Made by a program: the position numbers and the translations under genes. The notes under the pieces were generated by a model. That model searched no databases, was not told the DNA's origin, and was given only the letters and a program-made list of their open reading frames with translations. Below are positions 1-8,854 of a DNA stretch of 50,545 bases, in pieces. How positions within the stretch are numbered: the stretch's first letter is position 1; every line of letters begins with the position of its first letter. Source of the stretch: a virus (Duplodnaviria > Caudoviricetes); IMG/VR virus record IMGVR_UViG_3300003465_000010, positions 1-50,545 of that record, one strand, 5' to 3'.

Positions 1-99
1 AAATTTCCCGCGTGTCGCTCAGTGCACCTTCCGCGAACGCCGAGCCGGTGATTAGCACCTGCTTGCCGACGTTTTCGTTCGTCGCGCCGTTGCGGACGC
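1..99. repeat. Terminal overlap copy 1 (circular assembly)
   Basis: 1..99 is identical to 50447..50545; typical k-mer overlap of a circular contig. Confidence 0.97.
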
Positions 100-553
100 T
101 CGCCACCGTGTTCGTCGCGATAACTTCCAGGACAGTAGACGAAACAATGCTCGTCACACGACCTTTAATCCACGACGCATCGGTGACAGTGCCACCAACG
201 TCCGTGAACGCCACGATCGTATGCCCCTTCCGGAACAAGTCCGTCGACGCGACCTTCAACTGATATTTGGTATCAGTCGTCCACGTCACCGGATCGCCAG
301 GGTCAGCCCCTGCTGACGTCATGATCGGACCCTTCGACGACCCTTGCGAGGCTGTCGTGGTCCAATACTTCTTCATCCGCTTTTCGTAATGAACGAACTT
401 CGGATCGTTGGTTTCCTTCTCTTTCGACACGGACAGGAGTCCGGCGAGGGGAAACGCGCCATTCGGGTATTGATGAAACACCCGTTGGCGGATATTTGTG
501 AACCGTTGGTTTGCGAATGTCTCCGCTCCAACGAGACCTAATATAGCTGCCAT
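1..553 (-). CDS. Major capsid protein, N-terminal part (gene continues across the join to 49653; about 448 aa total)
   Basis: ATG at 553 (MAAILGLVGAETFANQRFTNIRQRVFHQYPNGAFPLAGLL...) reads open to position 1 and joins the 49653 ORF in frame through the overlap; directly follows the scaffold gene. Confidence 0.9.
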   Translation of the reverse strand, partial: MAAILGLVGAETFANQRFTNIRQRVFHQYPNGAFPLAGLLSVSKEKETNDPKFVHYEKRMKKYWTTTASQGSSKGPIMTSAGADPGDPVTWTTDTKYQLKVASTDLFRKGHTIVAFTDVGGTVTDASWIKGRVTSIVSSTVLEVIATNTVASVRNGATNENVGKQVLITGSAFAEGALSDTREI

Positions 554-556
554 ATG

Positions 557-1414
557 TTAACTGAAGACCTCGAACCCATCCGACACTTTGTCGTTTTTGG
601 GTGGCTTGGTCTGGTTCCCCGCGCCTTGTCCTCCGCCGCTCAGCGTGGACATTCTAGACGTGGATTTGGTTTGTTGACCGGAGCCGTTAGCTGCGGCACC
701 GTTTTGAGACCGTGGCTTGGGCGTCACGCCAATCTTTGTCAGCGTTTGTTTGATCCCCTCCGCCACTGCCTTAAAAGCTTCTTCCTTCGTTGAGAATTTC
801 TTCCCCTGTGCTTGAAACTCAGCCACAATTTTCTCGCCGAGGATTTCGTAGTCCGCGAGTTCCGGGTGCGTATCCAAGAACTCCTTCTTCAACGCTTGGC
901 GTTGTTGTTCCTGCATGAATTGGCTCACTGGCGCAATCTGTCCGCCTAACTCCTGTTTGAGTTTCTGCAACTCGAGTTGGAGTTGATAGCCCATCAACGT
1001 CGTCGCCTGTCGGTTAATTCCCTGCGCCATCTGTGCCATAGCAGCGAGAGCGTTCTCACCACCAGCACGAATAGCCTCAATCATCTCGTTGGTGGGTTTG
1101 AAGACATTAAACCGCTGATCGAACTCCTCCTGCGTCATTTGACGTGGGGGGTCTTGCTGCTGTTGCTGTTGTGGGGGCTGACCGACACCCGCAGCCTTCA
1201 AAATCCGCACCATTTGCTCTTCACTGAGTCCCGCGGTAGCAGCCTGCTGTTGTTGGTCATCCGGCTGCTGTTGGTCCTGTTGCTGTTGATCGTCCTGTTG
1301 ATTGTTCTGTGGCTGGTCATCTCCACCAGAAATCGCACTCAACCCAGTATCATCGGCCTGTTGTTGCTGACTCTGGTCCGCCTGTTGCTGTTGATTATTC
1401 TCGTCGTCCGGCAT
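557..1414 (-). CDS. Putative capsid scaffolding protein
   Basis: Q/D-rich disordered N-terminus, helical core, position between portal and capsid genes. Confidence 0.75.
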   Translation of the reverse strand: MPDDENNQQQQADQSQQQQADDTGLSAISGGDDQPQNNQQDDQQQQDQQQPDDQQQQAATAGLSEEQMVRILKAAGVGQPPQQQQQQDPPRQMTQEEFDQRFNVFKPTNEMIEAIRAGGENALAAMAQMAQGINRQATTLMGYQLQLELQKLKQELGGQIAPVSQFMQEQQRQALKKEFLDTHPELADYEILGEKIVAEFQAQGKKFSTKEEAFKAVAEGIKQTLTKIGVTPKPRSQNGAAANGSGQQTKSTSRMSTLSGGGQGAGNQTKPPKNDKVSDGFEVFS

Positions 1415-1417
1415 TGT

Positions 1418-1714
1418 TTATCTCTGCTCCTGTGTTAATTGACCGATAAGCTCCTGTTTCGCAGCAAGTTGGGTCTCAACCAACTTTTGGATGTGCTGGA
1501 AAGCTCGTAGCTCACCGATACATTGTTGTTGTTGTACTATACCCGTTAATTCTACGCTCGGATCAGTAACCACTTCCAAAGCCTGCTTGACCCGCTCCTG
1601 AACCTCCGCCATTACCAGCAGATACCCCGGATGCTGGGTCAGCTCCGTTAGATTGTGAACCTGGTTGCGGAGCACCGTTACCTGATCCTCCGGTGATTGG
1701 GGTAATGTTTGCAT
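1418..1714 (-). CDS. Small coiled-coil head-assembly protein (hypothetical)
   Basis: 98-aa helical ORF in the usual portal-small-scaffold position; overlaps the portal 3' end. Confidence 0.7.
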   Translation of the reverse strand: MQTLPQSPEDQVTVLRNQVHNLTELTQHPGYLLVMAEVQERVKQALEVVTDPSVELTGIVQQQQCIGELRAFQHIQKLVETQLAAKQELIGQLTQEQR

Positions 1715-3530
1715 CTTGTGGGGGTCCTTTCATGAAGAACCGTTGGGGATTCCTCACCCCTCTCAGTTCCATCATCTCTGTTAATAGAGCCTTGGGGTCT
1801 AACTGAATAGCAACGGAAATCTGTGGCGCCTTGAGAATCGCCGCCAGCACCTCTTGCAGCACCTGCGCCGTATAAATCTTCTCCGTCGGCAATGTGCCGT
1901 CATACATGCAAAACTCACTCGGCCCGAGGATGTCAGCATTGGTGACGGGGAGGAATTGTTCCTCCTGTCCAGCAGCAGCGTCTTCCAACCCGACGACCTT
2001 TACCAGCGTCTCCTCATCAAGACCTTGACGTAGGTTAGACAACATCTTCTCACCTAGTGGCACGAACATGTCGTGCCACAGAAGCACCGCTACCAACTTC
2101 AGCCTCAACGTCGCGCCGACATTAACATTCTTCGCCTCCGTTGCTGACCTTCTACCAGACGAAAACTGCCCTAGCGCATTCTCCGTAATCCCCGTCGTCT
2201 CCTGCACCATTTCCTTCAAAAACGCAACATCCCCAATATGCCCAGCCGTGACGTCCCTCAACTCCAACTGTTTAATCGCACGGTCAATACCGAGTCTCGA
2301 CGCCTGCGGCTTCATCCGTATGACACCCGAACGGTCCTTAACATCCTGCATGTTCACCAACTCAGGATCAACCACCAACTGATTCCCAATCACCTTCCGA
2401 ACATTCGTCACCCGCGCATTGATAAACCACGTAATCACATCCTGCAACGCATCAATGGACCCAGCCAGTGCGGTGTTGATGAGTTCGTGCATGTCCGGGG
2501 TGTATTGTCCGACATCGTAGGTAAACTGGTCGTGGATATATCCAAGCGGTTCGGCCTTGACAATGCGATTGTCGTTAACGTACCAGATGTTATACTTGAC
2601 CGGATAATCCTCCTCGCCAAGCATGACGCCGTCTTCGATTTCATATTCGTTCGGGATGATGACCCTCTGTACCTCGGTGAGGATATACACCCCTTTCGAC
2701 TGCGCGTGTCCGTGTAAATTATCCCCCATCAAGACAGGGTCTTCGCTTTGCAGCCTTGTCTGCCCCCTGTCCTCAAACTGCTGCCGGGTCATCTGCTTAA
2801 CATACTTCACCCCCGCAATCTCCCCGTCCTTTTCCATCTTCTTCAACGTCGTGTAGGTATACTCATCCTCCGACGCACAGAATTCCCCCTCCTGAAACCT
2901 AGACAATGGCAACCTCACGTCCGGAAAGAACCTATACGGCGACACGTTCATTATACGGTTCCCCAAAAACTTCGTAACCTCAACCTCCTGCACCTGCGTA
3001 AGCGGCTGCTGCACCAGCCCCAAATACTCCGTCGGCTGCGTCACCGGCACCGCCTGCATGATCCGCTGCGTCTCCTTCGTCCACCCCACCTTCGTCACCG
3101 CCAACCCAAACCTTGCAATATCCAACAAGGACTGATAGAGTTTGGCAGGCCATTTGTTGTAGTTGAGGTCACGCTCCAAACACGCCTCCGCCAACTTCGC
3201 CGACCTTTGATTATCCTTCGCACCCTGCAACTCGAAAAACCGATCCCTTTGCAGATAGTTAGCGTGCAGGAACGCAACGAACGTACTAATCTGTGCGTGA
3301 CTCACTGGCACCACAACCTTCGTTGGCTCCTTGCGTTCCCGCGCCGCTCGGTCTTCCGCATCTTCTGCTCTTTTCGTGCGAAAAATCTCATCGTTCCGAT
3401 CCCACTCAGCGTAATAATCACTCATCCTGGACCGGCTGTTATTCACGAGCGCAATACAGTCATCCAGGAGTTTCTTATGCTCCTTAGTGACTTCTTCCCG
3501 CTCCAGCACTTTTCTAATCTTCTCGTCCAT
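1563..3530 (-). CDS. Portal protein
   Basis: 655 aa with podovirus portal-like motifs (DIARFGLAVTKVGW, NVSPYRFFPD, GRRSATEA) and synteny. Confidence 0.88.
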   Translation of the reverse strand: MDEKIRKVLEREEVTKEHKKLLDDCIALVNNSRSRMSDYYAEWDRNDEIFRTKRAEDAEDRAARERKEPTKVVVPVSHAQISTFVAFLHANYLQRDRFFELQGAKDNQRSAKLAEACLERDLNYNKWPAKLYQSLLDIARFGLAVTKVGWTKETQRIMQAVPVTQPTEYLGLVQQPLTQVQEVEVTKFLGNRIMNVSPYRFFPDVRLPLSRFQEGEFCASEDEYTYTTLKKMEKDGEIAGVKYVKQMTRQQFEDRGQTRLQSEDPVLMGDNLHGHAQSKGVYILTEVQRVIIPNEYEIEDGVMLGEEDYPVKYNIWYVNDNRIVKAEPLGYIHDQFTYDVGQYTPDMHELINTALAGSIDALQDVITWFINARVTNVRKVIGNQLVVDPELVNMQDVKDRSGVIRMKPQASRLGIDRAIKQLELRDVTAGHIGDVAFLKEMVQETTGITENALGQFSSGRRSATEAKNVNVGATLRLKLVAVLLWHDMFVPLGEKMLSNLRQGLDEETLVKVVGLEDAAAGQEEQFLPVTNADILGPSEFCMYDGTLPTEKIYTAQVLQEVLAAILKAPQISVAIQLDPKALLTEMMELRGVRNPQRFFMKGPPQDANITPITGGSGNGAPQPGSQSNGADPASGVSAGNGGGSGAGQAGFGSGY

Positions 3531-3532
3531 AG

Positions 3533-3551
3533 GTGAGGATTATTCGCTAAT
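3533..3551 (-). promoter_or_regulatory. ATTAG-N3-ATAAT-CCTCAC motif upstream of portal
   Basis: Minus strand ATTAGcgaATAATCCTCACctATG; same motif at 19405, 27374, 33044 and 14989. Confidence 0.65.
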
Positions 3552-3562
3552 TTCGACCAGAA

Positions 3563-3742
3563 TTATTGGCCTGGTGGTTTGACCTCGGAGACGGAGTTGG
3601 TTGGAACGTCAACTCCGATTGAGACGTGAGCTTTCCCGAGGTTGAAACCGAAGCCGAGAGGTTTGCCGCCGAGTGCCTTCTGAAGCTGCGAGCAGCCGGT
3701 GAAGAAGAGTGCGATCATACCGATAATTGCGAGCTTTTTCAT
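3563..3742 (-). CDS. Small lipoprotein (o-spanin-like candidate), 59 aa
   Basis: MKKLAIIGMIALFFTGCSQLQK...: basic N-terminus, hydrophobic stretch, lipobox FTG-C; below the ORF-track cutoff. Confidence 0.7.
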   Translation of the reverse strand: MKKLAIIGMIALFFTGCSQLQKALGGKPLGFGFNLGKAHVSIGVDVPTNSVSEVKPPGQ

Positions 3743-3743
3743 T

Positions 3744-4088
3744 TTACTTCCTTTCTAAGTTGCGGAGACATTCTATGACACGTTCGTGAGATTGTGTCGC
3801 CTTGTCCAGCATTCTAGTGTTGTTGTCGAGAGCGGTGCGGCAACTATCCGCAACGTGCTGAGTTTGCACCGCTAATTGTACCACCTGTTCGTTCTTTGCG
3901 TCCGACTTCTCTTGGAGTTTCTCCTGGCGTTTAAGGAAGTAGACGGTGAGTCCGCCGAGGACCACCATTAACATGACGGCAGTGTAAATCATAATGTAAC
4001 GATCCGACTTACCGTCAAGGTGCTTGGCGATTTCGTTGCCAACCTGGATTGCGATGGCTTCTGGCGTCATGTTGGTAGAGGTGTTCAT
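3744..4088 (-). CDS. Membrane protein, holin or i-spanin-like
   Basis: One TM segment (YIMIYTAVMLMVVLGGLTVYFL) followed by a coiled coil; adjacent to the lipoprotein. Confidence 0.55.
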   Translation of the reverse strand: MNTSTNMTPEAIAIQVGNEIAKHLDGKSDRYIMIYTAVMLMVVLGGLTVYFLKRQEKLQEKSDAKNEQVVQLAVQTQHVADSCRTALDNNTRMLDKATQSHERVIECLRNLERK

Positions 4089-4432
4089 TTCTCTGTTATG
4101 CGAAAGTATTTCGGACCAGAGAGACGAATGTATTGGGTAACGGTGTTGGACGATTCGGATTCGATACCGTTGGCGTCGACGTGAGTGGCGAAGTACAGAA
4201 CGTTCCCTCCGCCTTTGGGTGCGGGGAGGTTGACGTACCAGAGCTTTGTGGTGCTGACAGTGCCAGCAAAGATGATTTCGTTAGTGGCAAAGGTTCGACG
4301 AAGTGAGCCGTTTTCGTATATCCTCGTTGGGTAGACTTCCTCGGATTCCCAGGTAAGTGTCATGTTCGCACGCTCGGTGATGGGCGCGGCGAGGACGGTG
4401 AGGAGAGTGAGGGAAATTAACAGTTTCTTCAT
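4085..4432 (-). CDS. Signal-peptide protein with fibronectin-III-like beta fold
   Basis: Probable start MKKLLISLTLLTVLAA at 4432 (ATGA overlap with the upstream stop); TLTW...YFATHVDANGIESESSN pattern. Confidence 0.6.
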   Translation of the reverse strand: MKKLLISLTLLTVLAAPITERANMTLTWESEEVYPTRIYENGSLRRTFATNEIIFAGTVSTTKLWYVNLPAPKGGGNVLYFATHVDANGIESESSNTVTQYIRLSGPKYFRITEK

Positions 4433-4761
4433 CGTAGGTCGGGGTTGACTATAAATTGGATATAACCGTCCTTGGGGAAGGTGATGATCGCACCGTTGGA
4501 GCGAGTGACTTCCCATTCAGCGTTGTAATGGTTGGCGGAGGAGACATCACCAGCAACGAATTGATATTCGACGGTGATTTTGTAATCGGTGAAACTAACT
4601 ACTGTAGCGTTTCGCCTCGTTACTGCTCCACCGGCTTGCGGTTGGTAAACGAACACCACCGTCGCACCCGTCATATCCCCGATCAATGAGCCATCGTCGT
4701 AGGATAACTCGGAGCGAATCTTTGGTTCGAGATCGCCTTGTTTGGTTATGAAGACAGCCAT
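4429..4761 (-). CDS. BppU N-terminal-like virion protein
   Basis: ITKQGDLEP...DMTGATVVF...YNAEWEVT...ITFP pattern typical of this family. Confidence 0.6.
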   Translation of the reverse strand: MAVFITKQGDLEPKIRSELSYDDGSLIGDMTGATVVFVYQPQAGGAVTRRNATVVSFTDYKITVEYQFVAGDVSSANHYNAEWEVTRSNGAIITFPKDGYIQFIVNPDLR

Positions 4762-5240
4762 GTTGATACTTTAGAGCGACCGGTGTTGGTGTTGACGAGG
4801 ACTTTACCAGTGTTTGTTGGGTTGAGGACTCCTGGTCCTCCGTTGGCGAATGGTGAGAGGAGTTGGAACGGAACGAAACCACCTCCAGCCGAGCCACTCG
4901 CAGTTAGTCCAAAGTTTCCTATTGATTGGTTTAGTGTTCCTATAACTGTTAATGAACCGCTGGATGATAGATTAAAGTTCCCAATCGAGGAGTTTAGGGT
5001 GGCGGTAACGGTAGTGGTACCAGAGGCGGTTAAACCAAACGTCCCGATAGTTTGGCTGAGAGTTCCTGTTACTGTTGTTGTTCCTGTGGCAGTAAGACCA
5101 AAATCACCAATCGACGCGGAGAGGGTGCCAGTGACGGTAGTGACGGCGGAAGGGATATTGACCGCCATCCCGCCAAACCAGAACAACCCCGGATTCGCAT
5201 CCGAGACCATCCCGCTTCGTGTCCAAAAAACAGAGGCCAT
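4746..5240 (-). CDS. Virion structural protein with about 21-aa Thr/Gly-rich repeats
   Basis: Four repeats of the type TVTGTLSQTIGTFGLTASGTT. Confidence 0.65.
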   Translation of the reverse strand: MASVFWTRSGMVSDANPGLFWFGGMAVNIPSAVTTVTGTLSASIGDFGLTATGTTTVTGTLSQTIGTFGLTASGTTTVTATLNSSIGNFNLSSSGSLTVIGTLNQSIGNFGLTASGSAGGGFVPFQLLSPFANGGPGVLNPTNTGKVLVNTNTGRSKVSTWLSS

Positions 5241-5241
5241 G

Positions 5242-6627
5242 CTAGTAGGTCATCACCGGGTCCAAGTAATAAGTGCCCGCTTTTCGAAAGATGGCCCGCC
5301 ACTTTATCTCGCTGGCTTCCGCCGGAGTGAAAGGACCAACCTGTAGTTTCTGTTTGACCGGAGTCGTCAGCCCCGTCCAAGTGTCGGTGTCACTCGCCAA
5401 CGCGCTCCCAGCCCCGTAGGGATCGCTGTTTCGGCTGGTGATCAAAGTCGCTTTGGGCGTGCTCGCATCAGAGCGATACACCACTTCGAGTTCCGCTTCG
5501 GTATCGGTGAGGTTGGACGCTCCGCTGGCTTGCGCGATCTTCACAACCCCGGTGCTCGCGCTCGTGCGCGTGTCGTATCCGTTGCTCCCCCATTCCAGAT
5601 TAAATGGGTTGAATTTGTTGCAGTCCGAGGACGCGACGACTTCGATGCTGATGTTCTGGCCGCTCGAATTTCCGAACTTGGTCGCGCTGGTCGAATTGTA
5701 AACCGAACTGGACGCCATCGCGGTCCCGGCCCGAGTCGCCTTGCCCCACATCCAATAGGTGTCCGCCGAATCGACGTTCTCCCAGACGATCTCCATCGAA
5801 TCGTTCGGCCATGTGCCAGTGATCCACGTCGGCGTTGCGTCTCGTTTGCAGCCTGAGATGAAGATATAACTCCCGCGCATGTTCACCACGTTGAAGTAAG
5901 CGCCGCCGCTCTTTTCGTAGCCGGACAGATCGCTGGCGATGATCTCGACATCAAAATCGCCTTCTGAGGCAAGACCAGAAAAAAGATTGTTTGGTTTGGT
6001 CGCACCAGCGTATTCAAAAGAAACTCCGATCATTCTCACCTTGGTATTCTGATATGTGATCGCTGAAGCTGTGGAGTTCTGTATTCGCAGAACAGTGTTG
6101 CGAAATTCAATGAACGTGAACGCCTGGCCTGATGCGGCCCCTGGACCTAAAAACAGACTTAAAGTGCCACCAGACCCTTGCGTGCCGACCGTGCAATCCT
6201 CGAAGATGGCAGATTGATTGATATTCGCGGAAGTCGCAGAGCAAATGGATATAAGGTTTGAAGATGAATTCCCGTTGTGCCCCACTAAGAGGACGCCTTT
6301 GTAGTGAAGTGTTTGGCTTCCCGCCGTTGCAACCCGCAATGAAAAGCCGTTTGTGCCCGGTGTTTCTTGCGCGCCCTTTGCGTAGACCCCGGTTGTTCGA
6401 TTGCGTGACTCAATAAAAATTTTCGCTCCCGAAGCGGCGTTGTGAACGATGTTTGCCGACGCCGGTGAGAAGTTGTGCGTGTGCGAACAGATGATCGTGT
6501 CTCCATCCACCGCGACCGCAAGAGCCCCGGCGATGGATTGATACGTCGCCTGCGACCCGTTCCACCAAGTCACGCTCGGCGGCGTCGCGTCGTTTCCATC
6601 TGCGCTGTCAACGTAAAGCGTAGCCAT
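5242..6627 (-). CDS. Putative tailspike / beta-helix virion protein
   Basis: MATLYVDSADGND...SIAGALAVAVDGDTII N-terminus typical of right-handed beta-helix proteins. Confidence 0.6.
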   Translation of the reverse strand: MATLYVDSADGNDATPPSVTWWNGSQATYQSIAGALAVAVDGDTIICSHTHNFSPASANIVHNAASGAKIFIESRNRTTGVYAKGAQETPGTNGFSLRVATAGSQTLHYKGVLLVGHNGNSSSNLISICSATSANINQSAIFEDCTVGTQGSGGTLSLFLGPGAASGQAFTFIEFRNTVLRIQNSTASAITYQNTKVRMIGVSFEYAGATKPNNLFSGLASEGDFDVEIIASDLSGYEKSGGAYFNVVNMRGSYIFISGCKRDATPTWITGTWPNDSMEIVWENVDSADTYWMWGKATRAGTAMASSSVYNSTSATKFGNSSGQNISIEVVASSDCNKFNPFNLEWGSNGYDTRTSASTGVVKIAQASGASNLTDTEAELEVVYRSDASTPKATLITSRNSDPYGAGSALASDTDTWTGLTTPVKQKLQVGPFTPAEASEIKWRAIFRKAGTYYLDPVMTY

Positions 6628-7079
6628 TAGATCACCACCCTTTCCACGTCGCCAAGGATGTGCATCGTCTCATACGGCGCCGCCCGCAGTTTGTTCCGAA
6701 TGCGCGTCACACGTGTGTCACCGAGTCGTGTCGTTAGAGCAGCGATGATGGTGCGCTCGTTGGTTTTGGTTCCAGTCACCTTAACGAAGCGACTGCCGTC
6801 CATAATCAACGCTTCCACCCGCTCGCTGACGAGCGCATCACGAAACGCGACGGCATCACCATTGCCAGCCAAAGCGTCGGCGAGCAACTGCGCCTCATCC
6901 ACGTTCACAGGGATGATGCTGTTTGCCCACGCCTGATGATCCTCATTCACAGGACGATCCGCCACGCGCGGGCCGATCACCTGCTGGCCGACCGGCAAAA
7001 ACACGTCAACAAACTGGTAGGTGACGCGGTGAGTTAGCCCTTCGTCTCGCACTTGCAAAATTTCTGCTATAAACGCCAT
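6627..7079 (-). CDS. Hypothetical protein (possible spike chaperone/adaptor)
   Basis: 150-aa ORF translationally coupled on both sides. Confidence 0.6.
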   Translation of the reverse strand: MAFIAEILQVRDEGLTHRVTYQFVDVFLPVGQQVIGPRVADRPVNEDHQAWANSIIPVNVDEAQLLADALAGNGDAVAFRDALVSERVEALIMDGSRFVKVTGTKTNERTIIAALTTRLGDTRVTRIRNKLRAAPYETMHILGDVERVVI

Positions 7080-7486
7080 TAGGCTCCGGGTGCGGTTGTT
7101 GTATAAGTTCCGATAGTCACCGTGTTGCCGGACGTTATAGTCGCTGACGCGGAGTCGAGTGTCATGTCACCGCCTCCGCCGCCTGCCGTCACCGTCCCCT
7201 GTTCGTGTACTGTGCCACCTGAACTCTTCAACCTGTAGTGAGCCGCGTTACCCGTAGCAATAGCGGTTGCTGACCAGGTTCCCAGCTTCGCCTTCGACCC
7301 TGAAGCAGCGGCGTCCATCCAGTCGGCGGGGAGAGTGATTGACACCAACTTTGTTCCACTATCCGCGGCAGCGCAGTTAGCTGGGGCTGCTCCAGTGAAT
7401 ATCTCCAAAATAGCCGACGCTCCGATGTTGGACTCCCACCTATCAAGCCAGTCGTTTCGGATGGTGGTTGAAAATTGCCTTGCCAT
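7079..7486 (-). CDS. Virion structural protein
   Basis: Ala/Gly/Thr-rich 135 aa (LEIFTGAAPA...ATGNAAHYRL...GGGDMTL), a type common in phage fibre modules. Confidence 0.7.
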   Translation of the reverse strand: MARQFSTTIRNDWLDRWESNIGASAILEIFTGAAPANCAAADSGTKLVSITLPADWMDAAASGSKAKLGTWSATAIATGNAAHYRLKSSGGTVHEQGTVTAGGGGGDMTLDSASATITSGNTVTIGTYTTTAPGA

Positions 7487-7487
7487 A

Positions 7488-7826
7488 TTACAACACTCCT
7501 TGCGCGAGGTATGCCACCCCGTCAGCGTTTGTCACCACGTCGATGTAGAGGTCGTAAAGGTCGATGTATTGACCATCAGCAGCGGTGATCACAAACTCAC
7601 CACCAGCAGCGATTTTGATAACGTTATTCTCGGAATCGTTGGCGGAGTCCGGGCCGACATAGACGATACCAGCGTTGTCCGTACGTGCCGCCTTCCGTCC
7701 CCAGAGAGTGACCTTCTTGCACTTCACCGCTCCCTCCGTAGCGTGCATCCTTTCCGGCGTCCCTGATGCTGCGACGGTCTTTATACCAATCGCATAACCG
7801 CCAGTTGCAAATGTGTTCGGAACCAT
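7488..7826 (-). CDS. Virion structural/decoration protein
   Basis: 112 aa beta-rich (NAGIVYVG...DLYDLYID...DGVAYL). Confidence 0.65.
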   Translation of the reverse strand: MVPNTFATGGYAIGIKTVAASGTPERMHATEGAVKCKKVTLWGRKAARTDNAGIVYVGPDSANDSENNVIKIAAGGEFVITAADGQYIDLYDLYIDVVTNADGVAYLAQGVL

Positions 7827-7848
7827 ATTGATCCTTTGGTTAAGTTAC

Positions 7849-7877
7849 CATTGGGTGGGTGTGGTCACCCACCGATG
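7849..7877. terminator. Intergenic hairpin
   Basis: GGTGGGTG-tggt-CACCCACC 8-bp stem between two minus-strand genes; weak U-tract. Confidence 0.4.
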
Positions 7878-7882
7878 AGAAC

Positions 7883-8389
7883 TTAGGCCGTTTTGCGGGT
7901 GACGTTGAACTCGAACCACCCGTTGCCTTCAGCGAAGGCGGTGGTGGCGGACATGACGACACCGACGGTTTGGTCGGCTGTGCCGGTGTTGCCAGCCGTG
8001 ATTGCTGTACCAGCGACCGCGGCGCCAGACGGTGTGCAGTTGGCTGAGGTAAGAGCAACCACGCCACCAGTGACAGAGACACCGTTAACCTGCGCTGTGG
8101 CGGTTGACGCCTTGGCAGCTGTCGTCACAGCTTTATCACCAACTCGATACGCGACCGAGTTGAGAATGAAGGGGAACGGCACAGCAACCTTCAACACCTG
8201 TGCATCGGCAAGGTTTGCCATTGCCGCGACAGGCAGGATGATTGTGTGTTTATGGAGTTGACCAACAACCTGTTTCAAGGTTGGGTCAAAACCGAGGATT
8301 TGATTGGCCACGTAGGCCACGTCTTGAGCGTCACGTGGGGTTTCCGGCGCAACGCTATCGGAGTCTGTCAGATGTAGTGCTTTTCTCAT
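7883..8389 (-). CDS. Virion fibre/decoration protein
   Basis: 168 aa Ala/Thr/Gly-rich; shares the N-terminal ILGF(D/N) motif with the two upstream genes. Confidence 0.7.
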   Translation of the reverse strand: MRKALHLTDSDSVAPETPRDAQDVAYVANQILGFDPTLKQVVGQLHKHTIILPVAAMANLADAQVLKVAVPFPFILNSVAYRVGDKAVTTAAKASTATAQVNGVSVTGGVVALTSANCTPSGAAVAGTAITAGNTGTADQTVGVVMSATTAFAEGNGWFEFNVTRKTA

Positions 8390-8400
8390 TGATAGCTAAG

Positions 8401-8853
8401 TTATGCCGATCCTTTGATTACCCCTACAGCAACTAGATCGGACCGTAGTTGATTTAGGAGACGAGCAACGCTCGCGAAATTCGCATTGATGTTCGCCTGG
8501 GAGTAAGCACCTCCAGCGTCAACGAGAGTAAAGGCAGCGACGCCTGTGGTGGAGTCAGTGAGTGCCGCCTGATTCGCACCGGAAGGTTGCACAACGGGAG
8601 TGACATTCCAGAAACCAAGCTTCTGTGTCACAGCTGTGCCAATCTTCGTTCCTGTCGTGCCGGAGAGTATTAGGTTCTTGGCGTCGAGGAATGTAATATG
8701 ACCCGACGAATCATACGACAGTGTCGTAACGTTCTCCGGCACCCGCGTCGTGGGGTTGAACCCTAGAATACCGCCAGCCGCAGGTGCCAGAGTCCGGAAG
8801 TCGTACTTTGTTGTCGCGTCCTTCTGTAGGAAGGGAATGTCGTATTGTGCCAT
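8401..8853 (-). CDS. Head-fibre-like protein
   Basis: C-terminal INANFASVARLLNQLRSDLVAVGVI resembles the head-fibre trimerisation tail. Confidence 0.65.
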   Translation of the reverse strand: MAQYDIPFLQKDATTKYDFRTLAPAAGGILGFNPTTRVPENVTTLSYDSSGHITFLDAKNLILSGTTGTKIGTAVTQKLGFWNVTPVVQPSGANQAALTDSTTGVAAFTLVDAGGAYSQANINANFASVARLLNQLRSDLVAVGVIKGSA

Positions 8854-8854
8854 A

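Noticed and set aside
1150-1400. CAG/CAA-rich repeats as a tandem-repeat element
   Set aside because: Simply encodes the poly-Gln tracts of the scaffold protein
2068-3536. Long plus-strand ORFs opposite the portal (for example 2748-3536)
   Set aside because: Codon-aligned or Pro/His/Leu-rich shadows explained by the G-ending codon bias; no shift in host codon usage, unlike 34402-35727
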